Of a stretch of DNA of 64,000 nucleotides, positions 34,709 through 44,504 are shown piece after piece. Origin of the DNA: a virus. The notes below the pieces were generated by a model. That model was given only the letters and a program-made list of their open reading frames with translations, was not told the DNA's origin and did not search any database. Numbering within the stretch: the first letter of the stretch is position 1; each line of letters starts with the position of its first letter. A program made the translations under genes and the position numbers. The DNA lies in IMG/VR virus record IMGVR_UViG_3300045988_116240; one strand, written 5' to 3'.

Positions 34709-35665
34709 ATGGAAGAGCGAAAAGATATTTGCGAGGGTTACGAGAGGGATAGCGTACAGCAGCTAGACAAGCTGGCCAAGGATAAGAACGAGCGTTTTCC
34801 GATCTATCCGTTGACATACATTCAGGCCGTATATGACGCTAGGACGAAAGAGAGGCTTGATTCCATATTGTGGAAATGCAACAACGTGTATTTGCCTTGG
34901 ATGGGATCGGCGGGGGATACCCGCGTACAGTTACCTTTCTGGATGAGAAGGAAGGGTATCATAATCACTTACAAGAACCTTGACGAGGAGACGATAACGG
35001 AGAAGCTCACCTATGATCTTTGTATCGCCGATGATTTCTTCCGTCTTGACTCCTCTTGGACTAGGATAACGGACGCCCTTCCGGTCGGGGGTAACATAAC
35101 CATAGGCTCTAACGGAAATTGGTTTCAAGATGGCGTTGATACCGGCTTCAAGGCACAGGGGCCTAAAGGGGACAACGGACAAGTTCCACACCTTCGCTTG
35201 GCTGGTGGATACGTAAAATATAGCTACGATGAAGAGATATGGTATGATCTTTTTCCGCTCATTGACATAACGCCAAGCGTAAAGGTGGGGGAGGTAAAGA
35301 CTTTACCCGCAGGTAGCAAGGCTTCGGTAACGAACGTTAGCGGGGATAAGGACGCCATTTTCGACTTTGGAATCCCTATGGGAAATACTGGGGCCAAGGG
35401 AGAGAAGGGGGATGGGTATGATTTGTTGGAATTCAGGGATACGGCGGATGCTTTGCCTTCCACCGCTAATATCGGTGACGCTTACGCTGTAGGAACTTCC
35501 TCCCCATATCATCTTTACGTATGGAAGGACAATGTTAGTAAGTTCGTTGATATAGGCTCACTTAACGAGATAAAGGCCTCTATCTTTGACGGGGGTAGGG
35601 CTGATAGTAATTATGGTGGGACAAGAACCATCGATTGCGGTGGGGCTGACGCTTATTTGGTGTAA
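34709..35665 (+). CDS. tail fibre protein with short collagen-like G-x-y runs
   Basis: GPKGDNGQ and GAKGEKGDG triplets; located within the fibre cluster. Confidence 0.55.
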   Translation: MEERKDICEGYERDSVQQLDKLAKDKNERFPIYPLTYIQAVYDARTKERLDSILWKCNNVYLPWMGSAGDTRVQLPFWMRRKGIIITYKNLDEETITEKLTYDLCIADDFFRLDSSWTRITDALPVGGNITIGSNGNWFQDGVDTGFKAQGPKGDNGQVPHLRLAGGYVKYSYDEEIWYDLFPLIDITPSVKVGEVKTLPAGSKASVTNVSGDKDAIFDFGIPMGNTGAKGEKGDGYDLLEFRDTADALPSTANIGDAYAVGTSSPYHLYVWKDNVSKFVDIGSLNEIKASIFDGGRADSNYGGTRTIDCGGADAYLV

Positions 35666-35683
35666 CTCATAAATTATTTACCT

Positions 35684-37660
35684 ATGGAAAGAATTCAGTT
35701 AAGAAGAGATACGTCGACAAGATGGAGAGAGGTGAACCCTATTCTCATGGAAGGTGAGGTCGGATTTGAGACGGATACCAGATTGAGAAAGATCGGTGAT
35801 GGCGTGAACCGTTGGAATGACCTTGAATATTTGAAGGCAGAAGGTATCGTACAAGAAATTGGGGATAGCGAGGATGTATCCATTAGCCAGAAAACGCTTT
35901 CTAATGAAACATTTTTGAATCGTGTGAACTTAAAAAGCTCAAATGATTTAGACTTGTGTACTCAAATTGGAATTTATACATGGGCAAATGATGAGGTTCC
36001 TCTAAATTCCCCGGTACAAAGCTTAGGTTTAATGAGCGTATTTCCCTATCTCCTAGATAAAGATGTCTTAAAACAACGAATTGTCCAGCAAGTCTTCGAT
36101 TACTATGGGAGAATGTATGTCAGGTATAAAGGTAGTGGAGAATGGGGTGATTGGAACAGTCCTGCTGAAAAATCCATATTGGATAACACCGTAGACAATA
36201 CTTTCACTTACAGAAGAATTTTAAATTCGGATAACAATTTAGATGAGATCTCTCATATCGGGATATACTCGTGGATATCGGGCTCGGTTCCTCAAAACGC
36301 ACCAGTTAGTTACGGAGGCGTACTTCTATTATTCCCTTATTTCCGGACGGAGTATACCGAGTTAAGCCGTACCGTGCAAATAGTCATAGCCTCAAGCGGG
36401 AAGATGTTCTCCCGATATCGTACCACATCGGGTTGGGGTTCTTGGGTCTCTGGAGGATCGGGAGGATCTGGAAAGACTTATGAGGATCGATTGATGAGGG
36501 CGTTTTTAGATAAAACTTTCACGACGTGGCAACCCGAAGGTAATATACCTCGTAATTCACAAGAATTGTCATATTACAGTGGGGCTATAAGTGGCCTTCC
36601 TTATAGCTCCGTGTTTAATTTTGGTAATGACATTTACTATAACCGTGGTCTCTCCTCCTTTTTTTCAGCGGTAAAGAATAAGGGAAGTGTTTTATATAGT
36701 AAAGGTTACGGACAGGACACTAGAAGAGGCTCTTATTATGGTACCGTTTGCTCTACTTTTGGATCTTATATATCTGGTCAAAAGATATATTATACCACGA
36801 CGGAGATTCCGGAGGTTGCCGAGGAGATCACCTATGTTGATATCGAGCAAATAAACATAGGTGATATTTTGTGGACTTCCGGGCATTGTAAGGTTGTTTC
36901 CTCTGTCAATGTGGATGAGGATGGCATCTATAATATCGTCGTTACGGAGCAAGGAGGATATAATATGATGGAAACGGTTTACGATAAAGATGGGTTTGAG
37001 AAAATCCTTAAAGGGATAGATCCTCATGATAAGAGGGTCTTTAAATTATACCGTTTCCAAAATCAAAGGATACCGGTTTTGCCTAAAATAGAATATAGCG
37101 AGAATGTCATTTCTGAATATGGGGATAGGACCTATTTTGAGCAAGGGCAAGATGTCTTTATAGCGGTCAAAGACGGGGATCATATTAATATTTCTGATGG
37201 AAGCAATACGAATAGATACCTTTTATCGGGAATGTCCTCTAAAATCGTGAACGGGATCGAGCTATATAACGTGCGACCATATCTATCAGGGACGGCAGAG
37301 TATGATTTGTATACCGATAATGATGATCTTCACGCTAAACTATCTGTGATAGACATGGGTGATGTTATCTTGGATGATATTACAGTGAGGTTGACAGGAT
37401 ACAGCGACAATGTAAAACCTAGCTGGTATAACGTAATATACCTAATAGAAGCGGAGGAAGGAGAGTATCCGTATTTTCCGGCCCCAGAAGGATACATGGG
37501 GCATAATGCCGTGATGTGCAAGGATTTCATAAAAGACAATACTTTTAACGTAATCATGAAGGATGTGAAGGATTATGCCTCTGGATATTACGTCAGATGT
37601 TATTATGAAACAAGATTTGGATTAGCTTATAAGGACAGTAATATCATTATGATAAAATAA
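35684..37660 (+). CDS. tail fibre protein (HylP/tail-fibre-type conserved N-terminus)
   Basis: RRDTSTRWREVNPILMEGEVGFETDTRLRKIGDGVNRWNDLEYL resembles the N-terminal motif of streptococcal prophage HylP and many phage fibres. Confidence 0.6.
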   Translation: MERIQLRRDTSTRWREVNPILMEGEVGFETDTRLRKIGDGVNRWNDLEYLKAEGIVQEIGDSEDVSISQKTLSNETFLNRVNLKSSNDLDLCTQIGIYTWANDEVPLNSPVQSLGLMSVFPYLLDKDVLKQRIVQQVFDYYGRMYVRYKGSGEWGDWNSPAEKSILDNTVDNTFTYRRILNSDNNLDEISHIGIYSWISGSVPQNAPVSYGGVLLLFPYFRTEYTELSRTVQIVIASSGKMFSRYRTTSGWGSWVSGGSGGSGKTYEDRLMRAFLDKTFTTWQPEGNIPRNSQELSYYSGAISGLPYSSVFNFGNDIYYNRGLSSFFSAVKNKGSVLYSKGYGQDTRRGSYYGTVCSTFGSYISGQKIYYTTTEIPEVAEEITYVDIEQINIGDILWTSGHCKVVSSVNVDEDGIYNIVVTEQGGYNMMETVYDKDGFEKILKGIDPHDKRVFKLYRFQNQRIPVLPKIEYSENVISEYGDRTYFEQGQDVFIAVKDGDHINISDGSNTNRYLLSGMSSKIVNGIELYNVRPYLSGTAEYDLYTDNDDLHAKLSVIDMGDVILDDITVRLTGYSDNVKPSWYNVIYLIEAEEGEYPYFPAPEGYMGHNAVMCKDFIKDNTFNVIMKDVKDYASGYYVRCYYETRFGLAYKDSNIIMIK

Positions 37661-37670
37661 TTTAAGGAAT

Positions 37671-38243
37671 ATGGACAGAGTATTACAAAGAAGAGATACG
37701 GCATCGAACTGGGCTAAGTTTAACCCTGTTCTTTCGGAAGGGGAGATAGGAATCGTCATCGACGGAGGTAAAGGTTATAAGATAGGTGACGGTGTCACAC
37801 ATTGGAATGATCTGGAATACCCCTCTAATCCAACCAGTGTTGTGGGCACGATCGGAGATAGCGAGGTTGCCGTGATTAACCAGAAAGGCGTATCCTCTTT
37901 GGTCGGCCTAGATACGTACCCTGTATTCTCCGATACCAAGCCCTACGTAAAAGGCGAGATCGTTAATTACGGCGGTCTCTTGTACGAGTTCACGGCTGAT
38001 CATGAGGCGGGAGGATGGAATGAAGACGATAATGAGTCTATTTCTTTTAAAGAAATAATTAATAAGTCAATTAACATTGTATTAAATCAAATCAACTTAA
38101 TTAAAGGTAAAGGAACCTCATTAGAAAGACCTATCCTATCGGAACTAGATGATGGAGGTTTGTTTTACGATACCTCCGTGAAAAAGTATATCTGTTGGGA
38201 TGGGACTAAATGGGTAAATATGGATGGATCAGAATTAAATTAA
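37671..38243 (+). CDS. tail fibre protein (paralogous N-terminus)
   Basis: RRDTASNWAKFNPVLSEGEIGIVIDGGKGYKIGDGVTHWNDLEYP; C-terminus KKYICWDGTKWVNMDG. Confidence 0.6.
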   Translation: MDRVLQRRDTASNWAKFNPVLSEGEIGIVIDGGKGYKIGDGVTHWNDLEYPSNPTSVVGTIGDSEVAVINQKGVSSLVGLDTYPVFSDTKPYVKGEIVNYGGLLYEFTADHEAGGWNEDDNESISFKEIINKSINIVLNQINLIKGKGTSLERPILSELDDGGLFYDTSVKKYICWDGTKWVNMDGSELN

Positions 38244-38248
38244 AATAT

Positions 38249-38740
38249 ATGTACCGTTACCTCTCCTACATATCCGACCTCGCTAACTGGGCCAAGTCCA
38301 TCGCCATAGCTGCCGTAGTAACGGCGATGGACTTTGTTTCGCCTATCGAGAACTTCTTGGTGGTGATCCTGTCGCTGGCCTTCATCGATACGTTCTGGGG
38401 GTTGGCCGCGGATCACGGGGATTTCCGGAAGAGCAAGTTCATCCGTAGCTGGGTGTACATGCTAGTCTATTTCCTGATCATAATCATCTCGTTCTGGATA
38501 GGCGTGATGATGGATATATCGGAGGATAACGCCAAGGCTTTCGTATCTTGGATCACGTGGGCGATGATATGGTTTTATGGTACTAATGTATTGAAGAACA
38601 TGGGCAAGGTATTCCCGGATAACAAGGTGATAGCCTTCTTGTATTGGGTTGCCGCCGTGAAATTTATCAGAAAGGTCAATTTCTTGGATGAGTATAACAA
38701 GACAAAGAATAAAAAAGGCTCCCCAGATCCAAAAGGATAG
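38249..38740 (+). CDS. holin candidate (multi-TM)
   Basis: 3-4 TM helices. IDTFWGLAADHGDFRKSKF resembles the D..tG...S.k pattern of holin family 4. Directly upstream of the amidase gene. Start taken at ATG 38249 (track gives 38210). Confidence 0.5.
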   Translation: MYRYLSYISDLANWAKSIAIAAVVTAMDFVSPIENFLVVILSLAFIDTFWGLAADHGDFRKSKFIRSWVYMLVYFLIIIISFWIGVMMDISEDNAKAFVSWITWAMIWFYGTNVLKNMGKVFPDNKVIAFLYWVAAVKFIRKVNFLDEYNKTKNKKGSPDPKG

Positions 38741-38829
38741 GGGAGCCGAATAAATTTTCGCTTCCTGTCTTTCGCAAGGGAGGATAGCAAGGTTAACAAA
38801 GCGCATAAAAGTATAAAAAAATAATTGAT

Positions 38830-39291
38830 ATGAGAACGATTAACAGGAAAATCAACTTGATCGTGATCCATTGTTCAGCCACTAGGGTAGATAAGGATTA
38901 TACCCCTGAGCAATTAGAGAGAGACCACAAGGCGAGAGGATTCAACTCCGCGGGTTATAACTATTATATCCGGAAGAGCGGGGAGATAGTATCTATGCGT
39001 CCATTGGAATTGATTCCGGCTCATGTGACCGGATATAACAAGAACAGTATAGGAATATGCTATGAGGGTGGTCTTGATCCGGACGGGAATCCGGATGATA
39101 CACGTACGGAGGCACAGAGACAGTCGATTATAAGGCTGTTGTTGGATTTGGTCGTACAGTTCCCGGATAGTAGGATCTGCGGTCATCGTGACCTATCCCC
39201 GGATCTTAACGGTAACGGTAAGATTGAACCGGACGAGTGGATGAAGATGTGTCCGTGTTTTAATGCCGAGGAGGAGTATCGCAATATATGA
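38830..39291 (+). CDS. N-acetylmuramoyl-L-alanine amidase (Amidase_2/PGRP, T7-lysozyme-like endolysin)
   Basis: LIVIHCSAT...GYNYYI...AHVTGYNKNSIGICYEGG...CGHRDL zinc-amidase pattern. Confidence 0.85.
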   Translation: MRTINRKINLIVIHCSATRVDKDYTPEQLERDHKARGFNSAGYNYYIRKSGEIVSMRPLELIPAHVTGYNKNSIGICYEGGLDPDGNPDDTRTEAQRQSIIRLLLDLVVQFPDSRICGHRDLSPDLNGNGKIEPDEWMKMCPCFNAEEEYRNI

Positions 39292-39755
39292 AACCTTGGC
39301 AAGTAATATTAATACTAGTGTGCTTGGTAGCCAGTTTCACGGCTGGCTACCATATCCGGGGGGATGTGGATGGCAATCAAATACATAAGACCGACAGGTT
39401 TACTTATGTTGACACGATACATGACAGCATCCCGTACCCGGTCTATGAGACACTGGTACAAACAATACCTGAGCCGTTCCCTGTTTATATCACGTTGGAC
39501 GGTGACACGGTAAAGGAACCTGTATATGTCCCGGTGCCGATAACCAACAAGGAGTACAAGACGGATGATTATAAACTGTCGATTTCGGGTTACAAGCCAA
39601 ATCTCGATTACATCGAGGTTTATAGAAGGACTGAGTATATAACCAAGACGATCTCCCCACGTAGATGGGGAATCGGTGCGATAGCCGGTTATGGGATCGG
39701 TAAACACGGGTTGTCTCCCTATGTAGGGATAGGCGGGTTCTATAGGATTTGGTGA
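39288..39755 (+). CDS. membrane-anchored lysis accessory protein (spanin-like candidate)
   Basis: N-terminal TM MKPWQVILILVCLVASFTAGY; 4-nt overlap with the amidase gene. Confidence 0.4.
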   Translation: MKPWQVILILVCLVASFTAGYHIRGDVDGNQIHKTDRFTYVDTIHDSIPYPVYETLVQTIPEPFPVYITLDGDTVKEPVYVPVPITNKEYKTDDYKLSISGYKPNLDYIEVYRRTEYITKTISPRRWGIGAIAGYGIGKHGLSPYVGIGGFYRIW

Positions 39756-39761
39756 AAAAGG

Positions 39762-39797
39762 TTAAGCCCACCGAATCTCACGATCAAGCGAGCTTAA
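39762..39797 (+). terminator. hairpin after the lysis cassette, with TCTCACGA-type loop
   Basis: Stem TTAAGC/GCTTAA; inner ATC-TCAC-GAT; followed by TATTTATTTAT. Confidence 0.45.
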
Positions 39798-39941
39798 TAT
39801 TTATTTATGAATGCGTGCGGGGTAAAGCCCCTATTCCTTCTCTGATTCGACCCGGACGAAGGAAAACATAGCCAAGCCATGTGTGTTTTTCGGGGCTTCC
39901 TTGATATAACATGCGTGGCTTTATTAATGTTCAATTAAAAT

Positions 39942-40247
39942 ATGAATATGAACAAGGTCGAAGAGTTTTACAAGCGAGTGATTTGTATCGCAGGTGAGGT
40001 ATGCGGGGTTGATCCCGTAGACATGATGTCATTTAACCGTGAGGAATGCGTTAACGCCCGTGGTATCCTCATTATAATACTCTTGGATAAGGGGTACTCG
40101 GAGAAAGTTGTGGCCGATCTTACAGGGCTTACCAGACGGGGCGTTAATAGGATCAAGAACGATTTTCCAGATAGGATAAGGCGTAATTGGATGATACATA
40201 TGCTTGACCGGGAGGTCAGGAACAAACTAGGAATGAATAAGGAATAA
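39942..40247 (+). CDS. DnaA-domain-IV-like HTH DNA-binding protein candidate
   Basis: NREECVNARGILIIILLDKGYSEKVVADLTGLTRRGVNRIKN resembles the DnaA C-terminal pattern R..v.aR.iamyL...g.S...Ig. Confidence 0.4.
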   Translation: MNMNKVEEFYKRVICIAGEVCGVDPVDMMSFNREECVNARGILIIILLDKGYSEKVVADLTGLTRRGVNRIKNDFPDRIRRNWMIHMLDREVRNKLGMNKE

Positions 40248-40338
40248 GCTAGGAACAAGATATTTCCCATGGTATGGACTTCTCTGGATTTTTGTGGTGT
40301 CCGGGATACCCGGACATGATCATTAAAAAATCTAGGTT

Positions 40339-40839
40339 ATGAGAATTAAAGGAATGAATGGTGAGGAGTACAGTGTCACCGGGCAAGGCCAAGGTAATTA
40401 CAACACCGTGGGAGCTTCCGCAGGTATCGCTTCTTTCTTGGGATTGAACGCCGGGAATCTTTTGGGTGGTTGTGGCAACGTAAGGAACGCTGGATATGGC
40501 GGTCCGGTTGAGGTAATCACATCCGAAGACAGGCCTATTTCCCGCTATGAGGCTGGGATGATGGATAAGATTTCCGCTAAGGACTCTGAGATCGCCTTGT
40601 TGAAATCCAACACTTACACTGACCAAAAGTTGGCGGATGTTTATGACCGCTTGTTGACAATCATCAACAGGAACAAGGAGGAACAAGCCTCAATTAACAT
40701 GAACCAAGCCGTTTACAATGGGACTAACACCGCTACATTGAAATGCATGCAACAGCAGATCGCGGATCTAGCAGCATTGAGCGAGTTGGTGATCCCGCAG
40801 CGTAAGGTTTGTGATACGGGATGTTGCGGATGTAATTGA
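40339..40839 (+). CDS. hypothetical protein with Gly/Asn-rich N-terminus and Cys-rich C-terminus
   Basis: ORF track entry, 166 aa; ends VCDTGCCGCN. Confidence 0.5.
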   Translation: MRIKGMNGEEYSVTGQGQGNYNTVGASAGIASFLGLNAGNLLGGCGNVRNAGYGGPVEVITSEDRPISRYEAGMMDKISAKDSEIALLKSNTYTDQKLADVYDRLLTIINRNKEEQASINMNQAVYNGTNTATLKCMQQQIADLAALSELVIPQRKVCDTGCCGCN

Positions 40840-41306
40840 TGATGACCATGTACTCTAACGCTCAAAAACTGGCGGCTGTGCTCAATAAGTGGGCACAGCC
40901 CGCTATCCAAGGTCTCTTGGGAACTCGGTTGGGACAACTTCCTTTCATAGCGAACATAGACGCTAAGTTACGCTCCACGGGTTGGGTAAGTCCCATGTGG
41001 AGCATATCCAAGGAGATATCCCCATTGCTAGACGGATTGTCATCCTCATTAGTTGAGCCGATGTTGGCTCGGTACCTTCAAGGCATCCCCGATGAGGCTA
41101 TCCCGGAGTTGGCGCACAAGGTGGTGGAGGACGCTATAAGAAACGGCGGGCTTTCCCTGTTTGAGGGAAAGGTCGAGTTCGAGACCGATGACTTGGAGGA
41201 ACTAAGGACGTTGTTGCGTTACAATCTTCCGGTCCCGGAAAAGACCGGCTCATACGATGTATTGACAGAGGAACCTATTCCACAAGGTGATGATGTGGAT
41301 AAATAA
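40836..41306 (+). CDS. hypothetical protein
   Basis: ORF track entry; 4-nt overlap with the upstream gene. Confidence 0.5.
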   Translation: MMMTMYSNAQKLAAVLNKWAQPAIQGLLGTRLGQLPFIANIDAKLRSTGWVSPMWSISKEISPLLDGLSSSLVEPMLARYLQGIPDEAIPELAHKVVEDAIRNGGLSLFEGKVEFETDDLEELRTLLRYNLPVPEKTGSYDVLTEEPIPQGDDVDK

Positions 41307-41328
41307 ATAATCAATAATAATTACGATC

Positions 41329-41745
41329 ATGATTCAATTAACACCAATTGCGATCGCCGCTACCAGCCAACAATACTTGACTAATGTAGTGGAGAATTTA
41401 TGTCAGGCCTATTGCGTAGACAATGGCGTACAGCCTACCGGCATAGTCAATTTCACCGTCGCCGAGCAAAGTACGGTGAATACGCAAACGACGGTTACGA
41501 TCAATGCCGCCATACTTGTGGCTTATACGCCCAAGGGATCCTGCAGGACGGTTACCAAGCAATGGGTCGAGCAATTCAAGGTAGCTTTTATCGGGGCCGC
41601 TGGCGCTGTTCCCACGATATCTCTTACCCCTCTCGTCACCCAAGTCACGCCCGAGAACGTCAAGTGTTGTAACCGTGCCTACGGTGTAAGTTTGGCTACC
41701 CCATTGACTATTTCCGCTACCTTTCCAGCGGCTCCCGGCGCTTGA
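41329..41745 (+). CDS. hypothetical protein (beta-rich, Thr/Val/Ala-rich)
   Basis: ORF track entry, 138 aa. Confidence 0.5.
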   Translation: MIQLTPIAIAATSQQYLTNVVENLCQAYCVDNGVQPTGIVNFTVAEQSTVNTQTTVTINAAILVAYTPKGSCRTVTKQWVEQFKVAFIGAAGAVPTISLTPLVTQVTPENVKCCNRAYGVSLATPLTISATFPAAPGA

Positions 41746-41771
41746 TTCATTAATGTTTAAAATGCAAGATC

Positions 41772-42263
41772 ATGCGTTACAAAGAACTGATGAAGGATTA
41801 CCACTCAAAAGGGATGGTATCCGAAAAAAAGATGTGGGAGGCCATAGGAGAACTGGACGAGGCGATGGAGTGTCTAAAGGAAAAAGATCCCGAGAAGTAT
41901 GACGAGGCCATACGTGATATACATGAGGTTTTTTGCGGTCCTCATTATAATGAGCATTTCGCTAAGATGGACGTGGCGGCAATGCGTCATAAAGGCAAGG
42001 CGGGAGAGCATAAAGGCGAGCACTGGAATATGGAGCAGGTGGCTACCGCTATAAAAGGCATGAGCATACCGGGAAATACCAACATATGGGACGTGTACGT
42101 TGCTCTTAACGCGAACTGGCATGACAAGGAGATTAAATTCACGGAATGGTTTGACCATGACGCTGAAAAGAAAATCATCGAGGACGCTATAAATTTCTAT
42201 TTCCTTGACGATGACGCTCCTGAAGGCAAGGTTTGGATTTATATGTGTGCCATGGATGACTAA
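41772..42263 (+). CDS. hypothetical protein
   Basis: ORF track entry, 163 aa. Confidence 0.5.
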   Translation: MRYKELMKDYHSKGMVSEKKMWEAIGELDEAMECLKEKDPEKYDEAIRDIHEVFCGPHYNEHFAKMDVAAMRHKGKAGEHKGEHWNMEQVATAIKGMSIPGNTNIWDVYVALNANWHDKEIKFTEWFDHDAEKKIIEDAINFYFLDDDAPEGKVWIYMCAMDD

Positions 42264-42411
42264 GACACGATCACATAACAAGAAAAGAAACGATTCTGTA
42301 AGACGGGAGATAGACCGCCTTATAGAATCGTTGTCGTTCGAGCCTATAAACTTTCATGAGATTAAGGCTAGGATAAGGCACCTAATGAGCATAGAAGGGA
42401 AAAGAAAGTGA
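42256..42411 (+). CDS. small basic hypothetical protein (51 aa)
   Basis: ATG 42256 overlaps the upstream stop (ATGACTAA). The track ORF 42205..42411 has an implausible N-terminal extension. Confidence 0.4.
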   Translation: MTKTRSHNKKRNDSVRREIDRLIESLSFEPINFHEIKARIRHLMSIEGKRK

Positions 42412-42427
42412 TATTACACTTTATCCT

Positions 42428-44410
42428 CTATGCTGACATCAAGGCTTGTCGTGCCTTATTGAGCGCATCTTGATTAACCTGTCCGTTGATTGCGTTCATT
42501 TGATCAGCTGGGACACCTTGGATATTACCACCTTGCTCAACCACTTGTTTGTTGGATTGAATGGACTGAAGTATCTGGTCTGATCCGGGGTAATATGATA
42601 GTGATAACATTTGCTCCGCAGAAATGGCTCCGGCCATCCATAATTCCTTCACCAAGTCGTTTAACATCATTCTCGCTACCGGAGATTCAGCGGATTCCTT
42701 GATATTGACCTTGAAATCTATATCTTGGACTGTCTTCGGGTCATACTCATTATAAGTGGCATAACCCGCTGATCTCTCCATCGATATGTTCCTTGGGGAT
42801 TGATAATATTGATGGATCGTTTTCATCTTTTTACGAGCGATCTCGGCCTCGAACGTGGAGAACTTGGTTAGTAACGTAGCGATAGATGTAGTGGAGTTCT
42901 GTGTTTCCATGGCATATCTGCTTGCCGCTGTTGATCCCGACGGGGTTTTCCCTTGCAAGGCTTCCGACACGGACGTTATATCGTTTATGAAACTCAATTG
43001 TAATTGCAATAGCTCCGTGGTACCGATATTGGTAGAGTTCGATGTTATGACTTCCGGTTTGTTCCCGCTCTTGGACGGCTCATAAAAAATAAATGATCCG
43101 ATCTCAACGAATTGCTCGGCGAACTCACGATTGGACATCCCGTCCGGAACGGAGTCTTTAGGGATCATCTTTACTCCCTTTACCGCTGATTGGATAGCCA
43201 AGTCGTTAAGCATGATCAGCCGGTTGATGTATCGTTGCTGATCTATGATAACGGAAATAAAAGGAACTGTCCGTCCATTCACCAAATAGTGTAGCTTGTA
43301 AATATAGGGGTGAGACTTATATTCATAAGGCGTGTCATACTCGGTAAGTACACGTCCGTCCGGTGATAGCATTTGGAAATGCCAATATTGATCTATTATA
43401 TAGGTGTATTCTATCAATGGGATCTCCTCCGGAGGTAATCCCTGTGACATTCCCATACGCATACGATCCTCGTTCTCTCTCTTGATGACAGGAAGATCGC
43501 TAAGCTCTATCCTGTATATAGGATCATCGGTGTCCATGATATCCACGCAACGGTATCTAGGCTTGTTCTCCAGTGTCCAAACATGGTAGGTCCGGCACAG
43601 GTCGGCGGCGGGAGGCGTGTCGAAAGACTCGTCCATGAAACGATCCGTCTGCTGGGTTCCCAGATTTTCCATACGATTGAGCCAAGATGAGTAAATCTCC
43701 TCCAATTGCCTGTAATCATACTCGGACTCCGCTAATACCGAGGCCAGCTCGCCTAATGTATAGTCACGGATCTCCCCGATCAAGGAATCATCCCAGTGCC
43801 TTGGATCATTGGCTTTCGACTCATAGAAGAAATAGGAAGGGTTGACCACGTAGGTGTAGCTGTCCTCTATATCGTCATGACTAGACCATTCTTCCGTTAC
43901 CACGGCGCATCCACCGCAAATAAACTCTATCATTTCGGAGGTGAGGACATCTTTCATAAGGTTATTTTCCCAGTTGGTCTGTAAAGCGTCCGTCATCATC
44001 TGTGACTTGGTATCCGCGTCTTTCTGCCGGGCGAAACATACGGGAAGGGTAGCGGTCTTTGCGTATAACCCCGCCAAAGTATTTACGATCTTGAAAAGAT
44101 GATTGTTCTGCAAAGCGACCCCTCCCGTACGCCTCGCTATCCTATCGCGTTCCTTCACCCTTTCCCCGTCCTTGTCCACCACGATATCACCCCATTGGTC
44201 ACCGAACACGTAACGGAAATTGCGAAGACGGGTGGCCCTGAAATCGCTAAGGTTTTCCCAAGCGTTTTGGCACCTAGACAGTAAAGGTATGTTGGTCTTG
44301 TCCGTGCCTGATATCTTGATGCGGTGCTTGACGCTATCAACCGTCGTGGGGCGTCGGGAAAACCGAGATTTAGGAATAAGTCGTTTCATGATTGGTCTTT
44401 TTAATCGCAA
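42428..44410 (-). CDS. portal protein candidate
   Basis: 660 aa. N-terminal ...RNFRYVFGDQWGD... is portal-like; size and neighbourhood fit. Confidence 0.6.
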   Translation of the reverse strand: MRLKRPIMKRLIPKSRFSRRPTTVDSVKHRIKISGTDKTNIPLLSRCQNAWENLSDFRATRLRNFRYVFGDQWGDIVVDKDGERVKERDRIARRTGGVALQNNHLFKIVNTLAGLYAKTATLPVCFARQKDADTKSQMMTDALQTNWENNLMKDVLTSEMIEFICGGCAVVTEEWSSHDDIEDSYTYVVNPSYFFYESKANDPRHWDDSLIGEIRDYTLGELASVLAESEYDYRQLEEIYSSWLNRMENLGTQQTDRFMDESFDTPPAADLCRTYHVWTLENKPRYRCVDIMDTDDPIYRIELSDLPVIKRENEDRMRMGMSQGLPPEEIPLIEYTYIIDQYWHFQMLSPDGRVLTEYDTPYEYKSHPYIYKLHYLVNGRTVPFISVIIDQQRYINRLIMLNDLAIQSAVKGVKMIPKDSVPDGMSNREFAEQFVEIGSFIFYEPSKSGNKPEVITSNSTNIGTTELLQLQLSFINDITSVSEALQGKTPSGSTAASRYAMETQNSTTSIATLLTKFSTFEAEIARKKMKTIHQYYQSPRNISMERSAGYATYNEYDPKTVQDIDFKVNIKESAESPVARMMLNDLVKELWMAGAISAEQMLSLSYYPGSDQILQSIQSNKQVVEQGGNIQGVPADQMNAINGQVNQDALNKARQALMSA

Positions 44411-44448
44411 ATAAATCGAATAAAAGGACTTGGTTTTGTCAGAATAAC

Positions 44449-44487
44449 CAAAATAACAAAATAATCATACCTAAAGCCCTATTTTTG
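44449..44487 (+). promoter_or_regulatory. structural-operon promoter-like motif, copy 3 (CAAAATAACAAAA-N22-TTTG; includes an exact TATTTTTG -7 box)
   Basis: See 7423-7461. Lies 17 nt before ATG 44505. Confidence 0.5.
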
Positions 44488-44504
44488 CCAGAAAAGGATC
44501 ACAA

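Noticed and set aside
31996-38243. Diversity-generating retroelement acting on the tail fibres
   Set aside because: I recognised no reverse-transcriptase ORF (YxDD motif) anywhere in the window and no template/variable repeat pair near the fibre 3' ends.
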